From Catajapyx aquilonaris (Eukaryota), in contig KZ538510.1 in the NCBI GenBank assembly GCA_000934665.2, forward strand, positions 45,144-65,143: a stretch of 20,000 bases of DNA, given 5' to 3'. Position numbers and translations under genes: made by a program. Of this stretch, positions 19,392 to 20,000 are shown in pieces. Position 1 is the first letter of the stretch, and every line of letters starts with the position of its first letter. The notes beneath the pieces are model-generated. The model was given only the letters and a program-made list of their open reading frames with translations. It did not search any database and was not told the DNA's origin.

Positions 19392-19615
19392 TAATTATGT
19401 ATACGAGGGGCACGTCAAACGCCATGGGTTCTTCAGGGGCTAAATCAGGGCCTTCCGGTAGGCACGGCCATCTTTGACTGACCTCCAGATTCCCAGTAAT
19501 GAGATATTGAACCCACTGCGCGTTGGTTGAGTGCAATCCGCAGGTGAAGGGGTACAAAACTTGGTGGACACGGATACATAAAAAGACTCATTACAAATGT
19601 CTGAGTAGGTGTCCC

Positions 19616-19826
19616 CACGGGTTTTCCGAACTCAGAATTTGTGGCACTTTCCGCCAACTTCTCGCCGGAAAGCGCGATTTTTTTCGTCCGTTCCAGCCCT
19701 TTTTTTTTGTCCCGGTCTTGGTTAGGCGAATTTGTGAAACAGTATCAATTTTTCTACAGACAAGATTTCCTGTTTCAACATTACACAGGTTCCGCCATAT
19801 CGGACAAAAATACATGGGAAACCCTG
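19616..19826. mobile_element. Possible degenerate MITE with CAGGGTTTCC-type ends
   Basis: Left cacgggttttcc versus right gggaaaccctg (reverse complement cagggtttccc); ttccgcca occurs near both ends; no matching TSD seen. Confidence 0.3.
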
Positions 19827-20000
19827 CCTCGCTGCCGGGATCGCAATAAAATCCACAGTAGACAAGTTTCCGCTATGTACAGGGTCCGCTATTAACTAAT
19901 AGACAATGGGGAACTAGCCTTGGTCTGGGATTTGGGATTTTTGTTCATAACTAGCTAGCCCATGCCTGTAAACATACATTCCATCACTCTGTTGCATCAA

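Noticed and set aside
19228..19557. ORF with hydrophobic repeat YVSILLIFIL x3
   Set aside because: Translation of the AT-rich 30-bp tandem repeat; not evidence of a membrane protein.
15037..20000. Expected upstream exons (signal peptide, GP...C and PMISY motifs)
   Set aside because: None recognised by eye; the region is treated as a long intron, though a small divergent exon could have been missed.

Overview
Eukaryotic (invertebrate, arthropod-like) genomic DNA. One multi-exon gene on the minus strand spans the window: a single-pass receptor guanylyl cyclase of the NPR/Gyc76C type. Sixteen GT-AG exons can be mapped by hand between 15036 and 1 and join in one frame (about 1124 codons). They cover part of the extracellular ligand-binding domain, the TM helix, the kinase-homology domain, the hinge, the cyclase domain and a long C-terminal tail. 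The gene is incomplete at both ends. One expected kinase-homology exon is missing and probably lies in the 342-N gap (4291-4632). The most unusual intronic feature is a tRNA-Gln-like gene (9773-9847, minus) with a 2-bp-extended anticodon stem, a non-canonical loop and flanks that pair with each other. A decayed second copy lies about 430 nt downstream. The introns also hold a foldback MITE with TGT..ACA ends and a 4-bp TSD (Ginger-like), a hAT terminus, other hairpin relics, an excess of TAC(A/T)GTA heptamers (Tc1/mariner footprint-like) and a 30-bp tandem repeat.
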